This document shows positions 27,696-35,773 of a DNA stretch of 64,000 nucleotides, in pieces. Position 1 is the first letter of the stretch. Each line of letters starts with the position of its first letter. A model generated the notes under the pieces. The model saw only the letters and a list, made by a program, of their open reading frames with translations, had not been told where the DNA came from and did no database searches. A program made the translations under genes and the position numbers. The stretch is from an uncultured bacterium (GTDB lineage Bacteria > Patescibacteriota > Saccharimonadia > Saccharimonadales > Saccharimonadaceae), in NCBI GenBank assembly GCA_947084875.1, contig CAMTUF010000003.1:58644-122643 (forward strand). The letters run 5' to 3'.

Positions 27696-29430
27696 TTTGT
27701 ATCTCCTTTATAAGATTGTTTACACGTGTTCGTATTTCTGTAGCCTTTTCATCATCGCCCACATCTTCGGCATCACGTAATTGTTCGGTTAGTATATCTT
27801 TTTGCTTTTTCTTGTATTCTGTCGTAACTTGGCGGAGTAATCGAGCTGTTTCAAAGTAACGATCTTGGTCGTTCCATTCAGCATAGCGAGCATCGGCCTT
27901 CAGTAGTAATATTTTTACATAGGTATCGAATTTTTGCAACTCCTTAGGTGTATCCTGAAGTGATTTACCTTGGTGCTGGGAAATATATTTTGCTACTTCT
28001 TGACGCTCCTCGCCGACAAACGTATCCAGATCAATGGCGGTGAATAAGTCGTGAGTTGCGCTATCGATCAGTGCTAGTGCGAGCAGGTTGTCTTGATAGC
28101 CCGAGGGATCTTGTACGATAGGCTCTGTGCTTGTCACTTTGCGTAAGTTCTGCGCGGTAGGTGCGTCAGCCGTAAGAAGTTTTTGTTTTAAGACATCAAT
28201 CGAAGACCCTGTTTTTTCGCCAATAATACCCAGGTAATGTTCTTGTTCAACAACATCACGCAAACGACTCACAATATTCAAAGCTGCAGTTGTAAAAGTA
28301 CGCTTGCCTGCAGCCGATGAAAGATCGTCACGAAGGGCGTATTGTTTTAGAACCCAATCAACTACTGGCTCAGCTGCGTCAATAGCCTGCTGCCACAGTG
28401 AGACATCCTGCTGAATCAACTCATCTGGATCTTTTGCACTTTCGGGTAGGGAAACAATCGTCAGATCGATACCGATAGACTGTGCAATTGGTATCGCACG
28501 TTCTGTTGCGGCAAGTCCCGCTTTATCGCCGTCAAATGCAAGACGTGCATGACCGCTCAGGCGAACGAGTGCACGAAGGTGGTTTTCGGTCATCGCCGTT
28601 CCTGCGGTTGCCACGACCTGGGTTATACCTGCTTGATGCGAACTCACGACGTCAAGGTTACCCTCCACAATGACGGCGTAGTCATTTTTACGGATCGCTT
28701 CTTTTGCTTGTGAGAGTCCGAAAACATGTCGCCCTTTGTCGTAAAGCAACGTTTGAGGAGTGTTGAGGTATTTTGGCGCATTCGGATCATCCTCGATAAT
28801 ACGTGCAGTAAACCCGATAACCTGACCCGTCGCATTCATAAGAGCAACGGTCATGCGTCCACGAAACATATCGCCACCATACTGATTGACCAGTCCTGCC
28901 TGCGAAAGTTCTTGAGCCGAGAAGCCTTTTTTCTTGAGGAATTGAACGAGAGCGTCTCCACTGGTTGGTGCGTAGCCAATACGGAAATCCTGGACAATTT
29001 GTTTACTCAGACCTCTCTTTTTAAAGACGTATTCGATGGCGTGAGGGTTTTGAATCAAACTTTGTTGATAATACTTGGCCGCAAGATCATTCGCCTCAAG
29101 TAGTCTCTTTTTGCGCTGTGCAAGCTCTTTGCTACCTTTGGTGTCATACATCGACATATCAACGCCTGCTTTGCGCGCCAAATGTTCAAGGGCTTCACGA
29201 AAATCCATACCCTCAACTTCCATAACAAACGTAAAGACATCACCACCTTTATTAGAGGAAAAATCATGCCAAATATGTTTGTCAGGACTGACATAAAAAC
29301 TTGGTGTCTTTTCACCACTAAACGGACTAAGGCCCTTGAAGTTGCGGCCTGCGCGCTTCAGTTGTACATACTCGCCTATGACATCCTCGATGTTCAGTCG
29401 TGATCGTACTTCCTCTTTGACGTCCTGCAT
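27682..29430 (-). CDS. dnaG: DNA primase DnaG (zinc-ribbon ligands substituted)
   Basis: EKTPSF motif, a TOPRIM region (VIVEGNLDV...), and a C-terminal helicase-binding region. ATG 29430 is preferred (TATACT lies 6 nt upstream). Confidence 0.85.
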   Translation of the reverse strand: MQDVKEEVRSRLNIEDVIGEYVQLKRAGRNFKGLSPFSGEKTPSFYVSPDKHIWHDFSSNKGGDVFTFVMEVEGMDFREALEHLARKAGVDMSMYDTKGSKELAQRKKRLLEANDLAAKYYQQSLIQNPHAIEYVFKKRGLSKQIVQDFRIGYAPTSGDALVQFLKKKGFSAQELSQAGLVNQYGGDMFRGRMTVALMNATGQVIGFTARIIEDDPNAPKYLNTPQTLLYDKGRHVFGLSQAKEAIRKNDYAVIVEGNLDVVSSHQAGITQVVATAGTAMTENHLRALVRLSGHARLAFDGDKAGLAATERAIPIAQSIGIDLTIVSLPESAKDPDELIQQDVSLWQQAIDAAEPVVDWVLKQYALRDDLSSAAGKRTFTTAALNIVSRLRDVVEQEHYLGIIGEKTGSSIDVLKQKLLTADAPTAQNLRKVTSTEPIVQDPSGYQDNLLALALIDSATHDLFTAIDLDTFVGEERQEVAKYISQHQGKSLQDTPKELQKFDTYVKILLLKADARYAEWNDQDRYFETARLLRQVTTEYKKKQKDILTEQLRDAEDVGDDEKATEIRTRVNNLIKEIQSGQK

Positions 29431-29436
29431 GCATTT

Positions 29437-29442
29437 AGTATA
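29437..29442 (-). promoter_or_regulatory. putative -10 box (TATACT) 6 nt upstream of dnaG ATG
   Basis: The hexamer abuts the start codon. Confidence 0.4.
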
Positions 29443-29486
29443 ACACCCTTTACCTCTGTTAGCTCTTATGCTTAAATGAGTGGAGT

Positions 29487-30116
29487 ATGGATCCAAACCA
29501 ACAACAACCCGTCCAACCACAACAGCCTATTTCTATTGATTATCTTAATCAAATAGCGCCGCAAGCACCCAAGAGAAAACTACCCTTAACAAGGATGCAG
29601 CTTATTATTTTCGGCGTTCTCGGAGTCGCCCTTATCGTTGTTATGATTCTCGTTATTATCGTTGGGCTCACGAGCAGTAAAAATCCGACCCAACAACTCG
29701 CAGCGCGTCTGCAAAATACCCAAGTTATCGTGAACGACGCCAAAACGAAGCTGAAAAGCTCTGCCCTGCGCGCACTGAATAGTAACCTCGACATTTACTT
29801 AGCGGAAACTAATCGCGGCATCGCTGCTCCGCTATTAAAAGATAAAATTGATGTCACAAAACTCGATAAAAGTATCGTCGCGAGTGAATCAGGAGCTGAT
29901 GTCACTACGCGCTTGGAGGACGCTCGTTTGAATGCTATTTACGACCGTACCTACGCACGCGAAATTGCTTATCGACTTGAGACATTAGTTACCTTGATGC
30001 GACAGATCTATAGTTCTACTAACAACAAGGACCTCAAGGCATTTCTCGAAACAGCGTATAAGAACCTAGAACCGACACAAAAAGCATTCGAAGATTTCAA
30101 CGCCGCAAACGGTTAG
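29487..30116 (+). CDS. hypothetical membrane-anchored protein
   Basis: 209 aa with a Q/P-rich N-terminus, one TM helix, and an SD-like GTGGAG upstream. Confidence 0.5.
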   Translation: MDPNQQQPVQPQQPISIDYLNQIAPQAPKRKLPLTRMQLIIFGVLGVALIVVMILVIIVGLTSSKNPTQQLAARLQNTQVIVNDAKTKLKSSALRALNSNLDIYLAETNRGIAAPLLKDKIDVTKLDKSIVASESGADVTTRLEDARLNAIYDRTYAREIAYRLETLVTLMRQIYSSTNNKDLKAFLETAYKNLEPTQKAFEDFNAANG

Positions 30117-30454
30117 GTAGTAACTAGATCGTAGCTTATTTGCACGAGACTGCGAAACTCTTCATCGGGAACCTGACCAGTTAAAAGGATGGTGTTCCAG
30201 TGCTTTTTACTGAGATGATACCCAGGTAAAACCGTTTCGTATGTCATGCGGAGCCTTTCGGCAAGCTGGGGGTCACACTTCAAACTAACCCTCAGCGGTT
30301 TGGAGTCATCTTGAATAATAGCAAACATCTTACCACCACCTGTTTCGCTGTGTCCTATTTTGTATACTGAAGTGCCTTCACCAAACGGAAAGTCGAGCCA
30401 AGTGTTGGGAAAGCTCAGTAAATAGTCGTGTAGTTCGGCGTGTGTCATAACCAT
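30113..30454 (-). CDS. MmcQ/YjbR family DNA-binding protein
   Basis: 113 aa with ...FPFGEGTSVYKI...KMFA...LKCDP..AE.LR......PGYH.SKKHWNT... typical of the YjbR family. Confidence 0.6.
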   Translation of the reverse strand: MVMTHAELHDYLLSFPNTWLDFPFGEGTSVYKIGHSETGGGKMFAIIQDDSKPLRVSLKCDPQLAERLRMTYETVLPGYHLSKKHWNTILLTGQVPDEEFRSLVQISYDLVTT

Positions 30455-30629
30455 AGTTATAGTTTACTATACTGTGCTTGTAACTGACTTGTCGTCGCGT
30501 CCCATTTCAGTCACTGAAGCCAGACAATACCCGTCACAATAGGAGCAAGAGCTGCCGAGGCTATAATAACGCCCCATACGCGGCTGCTACGACGACGCCT
30601 TTTCACCTCTAACATAGTGTCATTGATCA

Positions 30630-31169
30630 CTATTTCAATTTAGTCAGATAATACTGGAGCTCCATGATACTACCCCGAATATCGGCGATTGCTCGATGCG
30701 CTTCGGGCTTTGAAAACTTTCTCTTCAACTTTCCTTCAAATACAACTTTCCAGGCACTCACGTCCAACATACGGTAATGCAAGCGCGCGTCTAGTCGACC
30801 CCATTCGTTCACAATAAAACGGCGATCTTGGTGAATAGAGTTACCCGCGAGAAGCACTGGTTTGTCTGTGTCGAAATGCTTACTGATAAAGTCGAGTAGC
30901 TCATTCTCGACTGTTCGACCAGATCGTGCGGTTTTATTTTGTTCAACCAACTGATCACGAACTTCGGGGTTTGCATCCCAAAAATCTTTTCCGACTTTCA
31001 TGCGTCGCTCGACAAGTCGTGGACCAACCAGGACAGCTGCCTCGTATGTCGCAATTTCCTTAAAATCCCAATCAGTGGCAATCACTGCTACTTCTAGAAT
31101 GCGATCTTTAATCGGATCAAGACCCGTCATTTCTAAGTCCATCCATAAAATTTTTGCATTTTTACTCAT
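30630..31169 (-). CDS. orn: oligoribonuclease
   Basis: LWMDLEMTGLDP..DRILEVA (DEDDh exonuclease motif I) and the ...H.A..D motif. 179 aa. Confidence 0.87.
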   Translation of the reverse strand: MSKNAKILWMDLEMTGLDPIKDRILEVAVIATDWDFKEIATYEAAVLVGPRLVERRMKVGKDFWDANPEVRDQLVEQNKTARSGRTVENELLDFISKHFDTDKPVLLAGNSIHQDRRFIVNEWGRLDARLHYRMLDVSAWKVVFEGKLKRKFSKPEAHRAIADIRGSIMELQYYLTKLK

Positions 31170-31183
31170 ACAATCAGTATAAT

Positions 31184-31576
31184 CTATTTCTTATCTGAGG
31201 GAGTAAATGTAAGACTGAGCGAGTTGATACAGTATCGTTGGTCAGTGGGCGTACCAAATTTTTCACCTTCAAATACATGGCCCAAATGGCCACCACAGGT
31301 TGCACAGGTCACTTCTGTGCGCTTCATCTCAAGACTACTGTCTTCGTGAAACTTCACTTTACCTGGGATTGCATCGTAAAAACTTGGCCAGCCACAATGT
31401 GCATCAAACTTTTTATCACTTTCAAATAGTTGCGTACCACACGCGGCACACGCATATATACCAGGTTTAAATTCCTGGTCGTATTCGCCACTAAATGCGG
31501 CCTCTGTTGCTTTATTAAACAGGACGTCGTACTGCTCAGGCGTCAGCTTGGCTTTGTAATTTTTGGCGTCTGACAC
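31184..31576 (-). CDS. msrB: peptide-methionine (R)-S-oxide reductase
   Basis: CAACG...GWPSF...C.TCGGHLGHVF motifs. 130 aa. Confidence 0.92.
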   Translation of the reverse strand: MSDAKNYKAKLTPEQYDVLFNKATEAAFSGEYDQEFKPGIYACAACGTQLFESDKKFDAHCGWPSFYDAIPGKVKFHEDSSLEMKRTEVTCATCGGHLGHVFEGEKFGTPTDQRYCINSLSLTFTPSDKK

Positions 31577-31578
31577 AA

Positions 31579-32010
31579 CTAGTCCTTTTTCTTTTTATCA
31601 AGCTTATCGAGTTTGGCGATATGAATCAGCCAATAAATAACGAACGCAGTCGCGAGTAATGTTATAAGTGACGAAAGGATTGCGCCCCAACTAAAGACTA
31701 GTCCGCCCTTACCATCAAGTCCAGGTCCTACGACAACCCACTTTAACTGACTCAAATCGATACCACCGATAATAAAACCGATAATTGGGTTGATAAACCC
31801 GTCAACAATTTGCTTTACTGCTGCACCTGCGGCTGTTCCGATCGCAAGTCCGATCGCAAGTCCGATTACCCCCTGCTCACGAACAAAATCGAGAAATTGT
31901 GCCAGTTGTGATTTACCCGCGCTAGCAATAGCAAGTGGGGTCACAAATGACTTTTCTGAATCGTGTAAAATCCGTGGTCGACGTGTTTGTGGTTTCTTTG
32001 ATGTCGCCAT
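31579..32010 (-). CDS. mscL: large-conductance mechanosensitive channel
   Basis: F..F..QGVIGLAIGLAIG.A....V...V...I.P.IG motif. ATG 32010 has a CAGGAG SD. Confidence 0.87.
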   Translation of the reverse strand: MATSKKPQTRRPRILHDSEKSFVTPLAIASAGKSQLAQFLDFVREQGVIGLAIGLAIGTAAGAAVKQIVDGFINPIIGFIIGGIDLSQLKWVVVGPGLDGKGGLVFSWGAILSSLITLLATAFVIYWLIHIAKLDKLDKKKKD

Positions 32011-32057
32011 AAAAACTCCTGTTAATTCTAACACTTAGTATACCATTTAAGGGAAAT

Positions 32058-32069
32058 GAGGAGAAAGAT
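32058..32069. repeat. left arm of the perfect 12-bp inverted repeat GAGGAGAAAGAT
   Basis: The exact reverse complement lies at 32585-32596. Together they coincide with the composition boundaries of island 2. Confidence 0.7.
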
Positions 32070-32077
32070 CCCCGCGG

Positions 32078-32109
32078 GGACGGCGCGGTACATGCATACC
32101 ACGCCGTCC
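32078..32109 (-). terminator. GC-rich terminator hairpin downstream of the island-2 ORF
   Basis: Minus strand GGACGGCGTGGT-atgcatgt-ACCGCGCCGTCC (12 bp, one G-U pair), followed by a pyrimidine/U-rich stretch. Confidence 0.55.
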
Positions 32110-32116
32110 ACCACGA

Positions 32117-32584
32117 CTACGCCGACAAGGTGTAGACCTCGTAGACGGTCTTGCCGGGTCGAACAGACTTGTGCACGATGCCCCGAAGGACAAATGCATC
32201 AAGCAAGACGTCTGCGCGTTCCAGGCCGAATCGTTCGTTGAGAACGAGAGCGCGGTTGTCGTTGATGACAACCGACAGGAACGGGCCTGCCTGCCTGATC
32301 GTCGACAGCATCGTCTCCTGGTCGTCCGACAGGGGCACACGAATCGTGTGCTTCCAGTTCTTGTCGTCCTCTGGTGCAGCACTGGTATTCGTAAGACGCC
32401 TGAACGGCGACATGTACTTCGCACCAGGGATGGCCCTGACGATGCGCTTCAGCTGAGTCGCGCTCGGGGCTCCCACTTCTGACACCAGTTCAGGCCAGGT
32501 CGAGAACTCATACGACTGACCACAGCACAGCAGCTGCAGACGGTCGCGAAGTTCTTCGACACTGGGCATATCGATTACGGGCAT
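32117..32584 (-). CDS. orphan high-GC hypothetical protein (155 aa; C-terminal winged-helix-like segment)
   Basis: ORF with a GAGGAGAAAG SD 3 nt before its ATG and GC-rich codons. The overlapping antisense ORFs are high-GC artefacts. No family recognised. The tail ...LLDAFVLRGIVHKSVRPGKTVYEVYTL looks wHTH-like. Confidence 0.6.
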   Translation of the reverse strand: MPVIDMPSVEELRDRLQLLCCGQSYEFSTWPELVSEVGAPSATQLKRIVRAIPGAKYMSPFRRLTNTSAAPEDDKNWKHTIRVPLSDDQETMLSTIRQAGPFLSVVINDNRALVLNERFGLERADVLLDAFVLRGIVHKSVRPGKTVYEVYTLSA

Positions 32585-32596
32585 ATCTTTCTCCTC
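32585..32596. repeat. right arm of the 12-bp inverted repeat (ATCTTTCTCCTC), also the SD of the island-2 ORF
   Basis: Exact reverse complement of 32058-32069. Confidence 0.7.
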
Positions 32597-32651
32597 TGTT
32601 AATGCGGATTGTGAGGCTTTCTCACTATCCGATCCGAAAACGTACAGAAAT

Positions 32652-32679
32652 GAAAAACGCCGAGATTGCCTCGGCGTTT
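32652..32679 (-). terminator. rho-independent terminator downstream of argS
   Basis: Minus strand AAACGCCGAGG-caat-CTCGGCGTTT followed by TTTTT. Confidence 0.7.
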
Positions 32680-32829
32680 AGATTTCGTTATACGTTACGT
32701 GCTAGAAAACTACTCGTCCGAGACAACATCAAACAACATCGCGAGACAGAGCAGAGATTGTTGTTGAGTGATCTTCATTCAAACAGTTTCCTTACTTCCT
32801 ATAGTACAGAGAGAAAAGAGTGTTTGCAA

Positions 32830-34512
32830 CTATAACTTATTCGGCGCAGGAATACCGAGTAGTATCAGGCCATTTTTGAGAATACTTGCGTACGCCGTGA
32901 CCAGTTGCACACGCACTCCTTCACGCTCATCATCGAGGACATGTGACTTTTCGTAGAAGCGATTGAAGACCTGAGCAAGTTCATATAAATACGTACATAC
33001 CAGGTGAGGTGAAAGCTCCCTAACGGCACTATCAAGTACATCGGGATACTCAGTCATCTTCACGAGTAGTGACCGCTCATAATCATCAAACGTACCCAGT
33101 GCTACATCTGCCGCTGTCTTACTCGCCTTTTGAACAATTGATACTGCCCTGGCGTGCGCATATTGCAGGTATGGACCACTGTTGCCGACAATACTAACCG
33201 ATTCTTTAGGATCAAAGACAATATCTGGACCGATACGATTTTTTAAAAACGTATACTTTACGGCTCCCAGTACTGGCGCTTCGTCACGATTACCTTGGGC
33301 TTTCTCGTTCTCATCAGCTGCACTATCAAGCACATCAACTGCTCGAAGAAAGTTACCTTTTCGACTACTCATTTTGACCCCACCAGCAAGCTTCACGTTA
33401 CCGTGCGTAAAATGTTTTGTTCGGTGCGCAAGTTCGGGCTCGAATTGTTCAATACTTTTCAGAACGACCTTCATGTATTCGGTGATGTCGTTACCTGTGA
33501 TAATAATTGATTCATCAAAATGATAATCGGCCCACTTTTTAATGCTGAGCCCTACGTCCTTTGCCTCGTATGTAGGTAAGCCTTCACTATTAACGAATAC
33601 GCGCGTATGAAGATCATACGGTTCACCGACAAAGACAATAGCACCCTGGCTTTCCTGATATACTCCCGTCTCCTTTTGTTCTAAAACTGTTGCAAGGCCA
33701 GTCGGCGCCGTTTCACTTTCTGGGTAGTATTTTTCAAAGTGAGTGCCTATACGGTCGTAGAATGCATTAAAGTAGTCATAGCTCCATTTACGACATGTCC
33801 AATAAATAAGCGCAAGTGGTGATTCATGGTCACTGTCTGTATGTAATTGATATATTCTTTTGTTCAATGCGACAATCTCTGCTTTATCAGCTTCGTTGTC
33901 TTCGTACGCATTCGTGCCCTCAACGTATGCAGCGGCCATCCACTCAGATCGCTTTGACTGCTCTATGTCACTCAACCCATCAGGATTCTCTCCGCCCAGT
34001 CGTTTGATGATCGCCCACATTGTCTTGGCTGCATGCATACCAACATCACCACCAAAGTTCACACGATGGACTGTTCCGCCTGCATGCTCGATCAAGTTAG
34101 AAATGGCATCACCAATCACACTGGTGTATAGGTGTCCCGCGTGAAGAACCTTGAATGGGTTTGGGTCCGAATATTCTGTAACCACGATTTTATCTTCGTA
34201 TGTATTCGGTTTTCCGTACACATCTTTTTGTTCAAGGATATGTTGCAAGTTGTCGGACAAAACCGCGTCTGATAGACGTATATTAATAAATCCAGGGCCA
34301 GCAACCTGTACTTCCTTTAGCTCTTCGTCTGTGCGAAGCTGAATAGCGAGTTGGTCAGCAATTTCGCCTGGGTTCTTGCCTAATTTTGCGCCAAGCTGCA
34401 GCGCGACATTCGTTGCGTAGTCACCAAATTGAGGATCGGGACGAGTGACTTTGACGTCAACATCGACCGATCCATATAGCGCACGTACAGCCTGAGAAAC
34501 TTTTGTATCCAT
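32830..34512 (-). CDS. argS: arginine--tRNA ligase
   Basis: 560 aa with a class I HIGH-type motif (HAGHL), the ArgRS N-terminal add-1 domain, and a DALR anticodon-binding C-terminus. Confidence 0.95.
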   Translation of the reverse strand: MDTKVSQAVRALYGSVDVDVKVTRPDPQFGDYATNVALQLGAKLGKNPGEIADQLAIQLRTDEELKEVQVAGPGFINIRLSDAVLSDNLQHILEQKDVYGKPNTYEDKIVVTEYSDPNPFKVLHAGHLYTSVIGDAISNLIEHAGGTVHRVNFGGDVGMHAAKTMWAIIKRLGGENPDGLSDIEQSKRSEWMAAAYVEGTNAYEDNEADKAEIVALNKRIYQLHTDSDHESPLALIYWTCRKWSYDYFNAFYDRIGTHFEKYYPESETAPTGLATVLEQKETGVYQESQGAIVFVGEPYDLHTRVFVNSEGLPTYEAKDVGLSIKKWADYHFDESIIITGNDITEYMKVVLKSIEQFEPELAHRTKHFTHGNVKLAGGVKMSSRKGNFLRAVDVLDSAADENEKAQGNRDEAPVLGAVKYTFLKNRIGPDIVFDPKESVSIVGNSGPYLQYAHARAVSIVQKASKTAADVALGTFDDYERSLLVKMTEYPDVLDSAVRELSPHLVCTYLYELAQVFNRFYEKSHVLDDEREGVRVQLVTAYASILKNGLILLGIPAPNKL

Positions 34513-34542
34513 TGTCTTTGATTATAACAGAGGCGATATAAT

Positions 34543-35259
34543 CTACATCAATCCAGACTCAAGATCGATCTGGAAATCGTATATACCACTTTCTACAAGT
34601 ATAGTTAAGATATCCTTATCAATTCCTGTAATGATCATGATGCCAATAATCACCAAGATAATTCCGAGAACTTTATGAAATACACCGTTTGGATTGATTC
34701 CCCACCCTAGCTTTTGTACCAACGCACGTCCAAATATAGCGAGTAGCGCGAGCATTAGCGACAGCCCCACTACAAACGCTATTAAGTACGCCATTCCAAT
34801 AAGTGGATCGACTGGCAAAATACTCGCGACGATCAATGCGTACGTCGGGCTACAGGCACTAAAAACAGGCCCAAGACTTGCACCCAATAATATGTCACCC
34901 CAAACTCCCTTCTTAGCGGCCGCTTTGCTTGTATTTTTCTGTGCAGTGACAGGAAGACGTGTTTTTGTGATGACCCATTCCCACAGCTTTGGAAACAGCG
35001 TCACAACACCAAACAACAAAATAATGATACCGCTGATAATAGCCCAAGTTGCAGACGGAATGCCAAGTAGTAGTGTCGTCGACTTCAGTAAAATACTAAA
35101 GATAATAATTGAAACACCAAGTCCGATAATGACGAATGTTGGGCTGTGCGTTTTCTTTCCATCTGATGTACGTGCGAGCAGTATTGGTATCATCGACACA
35201 ATACAAGGTGCAAGTATAGTTAATATGCCCGCCAAGAAGGCAACGATTAGCAGGCTCAC
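34543..35259 (-). CDS. ccdA: cytochrome c biogenesis CcdA/DsbD-family thiol-disulfide transporter
   Basis: 238 aa with 6 TM helices and the conserved Cys in TM1 (LAPCIVSMIP). A second conserved Cys lies in ...FSACSPTYA. Confidence 0.7.
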   Translation of the reverse strand: MSLLIVAFLAGILTILAPCIVSMIPILLARTSDGKKTHSPTFVIIGLGVSIIIFSILLKSTTLLLGIPSATWAIISGIIILLFGVVTLFPKLWEWVITKTRLPVTAQKNTSKAAAKKGVWGDILLGASLGPVFSACSPTYALIVASILPVDPLIGMAYLIAFVVGLSLMLALLAIFGRALVQKLGWGINPNGVFHKVLGIILVIIGIMIITGIDKDILTILVESGIYDFQIDLESGLM

Positions 35260-35750
35260 TTTGTATTCTCGAGAATCACATCAAGTGATTTTTCTTTACC
35301 GTATCCGTTCCACAATGTTTGCTTATCACCTGCTGCGTTCACTCGCACAAAACTTGATTGAATCGTCACACCATATTGTTTTCGAAGCGTTTGTTCGTCA
35401 TCATAACTGACTTTCAAGATTTGCACACCGTCAGGGATAGTAGCGGACTTGATTGCTTGGTCATAGCCGCGACACTCAGGACACCATCCCGCATAAAAGA
35501 ATAATAGTGTCGTCTGGTAGCCAGTGTCGCGAACAAGGCTAGACGAATAGTTTTCATATCGCCCGCTTGCAAGTATCACTGGCGTATCGGCACTTGATTG
35601 AGATACTGCAGGCATATCAACAGCCGTAGATGTCTGGGTATCTTGGGTTGTCTCCATTGTTGTCTTTGGCGTCATCGGACGCAGCACAACGACAAGCACG
35701 AGAGCAGCGATAAGAACAATGATCCCTATAACCCACAAAATATATTTCAT
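35256..35750 (-). CDS. membrane-anchored thioredoxin-like protein (TlpA/ResA-like)
   Basis: N-terminal TM helix and a thioredoxin-fold active site WCPEC. The coding sequence overlaps ccdA, suggesting translational coupling. Confidence 0.7.
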   Translation of the reverse strand: MKYILWVIGIIVLIAALVLVVVLRPMTPKTTMETTQDTQTSTAVDMPAVSQSSADTPVILASGRYENYSSSLVRDTGYQTTLLFFYAGWCPECRGYDQAIKSATIPDGVQILKVSYDDEQTLRKQYGVTIQSSFVRVNAAGDKQTLWNGYGKEKSLDVILENTK

Positions 35751-35773
35751 ATACCTAATTATAGCAAGGTTTA

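Larger units (their letters stand above)
32058..32596. other. high-GC compositional island 2 (single-gene cassette bounded by a 12-bp inverted repeat)
   Basis: Hand counts give about 63-67% GC on lines 32101 and 32281, against low-to-mid 40s on the flanks. Contains its own SD, ORF and terminator hairpin. Confidence 0.75.

Noticed and set aside
30511-30615. 34-aa minus-strand micro-ORF (MLEVKRRRRSSRVWGVIIASAALAPIVTGIVWLQ) in the orn to yjbR-like spacer
   Set aside because: It is plausible as a tiny membrane peptide, but it has no convincing SD or -10 at the right distance and there is no way to test conservation here. Too weak to call.
32047-32482. ORFs 32047..32424 (minus, other frame), 32151..32456 and 32171..32482 (plus) within island 2
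   Set aside because: Same high-GC shadow-frame effect, with Arg-rich nonsense-like products. The 32117..32584 frame has the SD, ATG and terminator.
32590-32603. Integron attC/core-site (GTTRRRY) interpretation of the island-2 boundaries
   Set aside because: The boundary sequences (..CTCTGTTAATG.. and ..GGGAAATGAGG..) do not satisfy the GTTRRRY/RYYYAAC core-site pattern, and no intI-like gene is in the window.
32700-32768. 22-aa minus-strand micro-ORF (MKITQQQSLLCLAMLFDVVSDE) between argS and the terminator at 32652-32679
   Set aside because: It has an AAGGAAA SD-like sequence. Its short length, the absence of a clear promoter and its position in the argS 3' region make chance occurrence likely.
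34694-35410. 238-aa plus-strand ORF antisense to ccdA and the thioredoxin-like gene; also 13532..14356 (antisense to pnp), 50721..51986 (antisense to groEL), 17378..17782 and 59417..59860
   Set aside because: These lie antisense to strongly supported genes. They lack SDs or promoters and their products are compositionally odd and low-complexity. They are treated as shadow ORFs.
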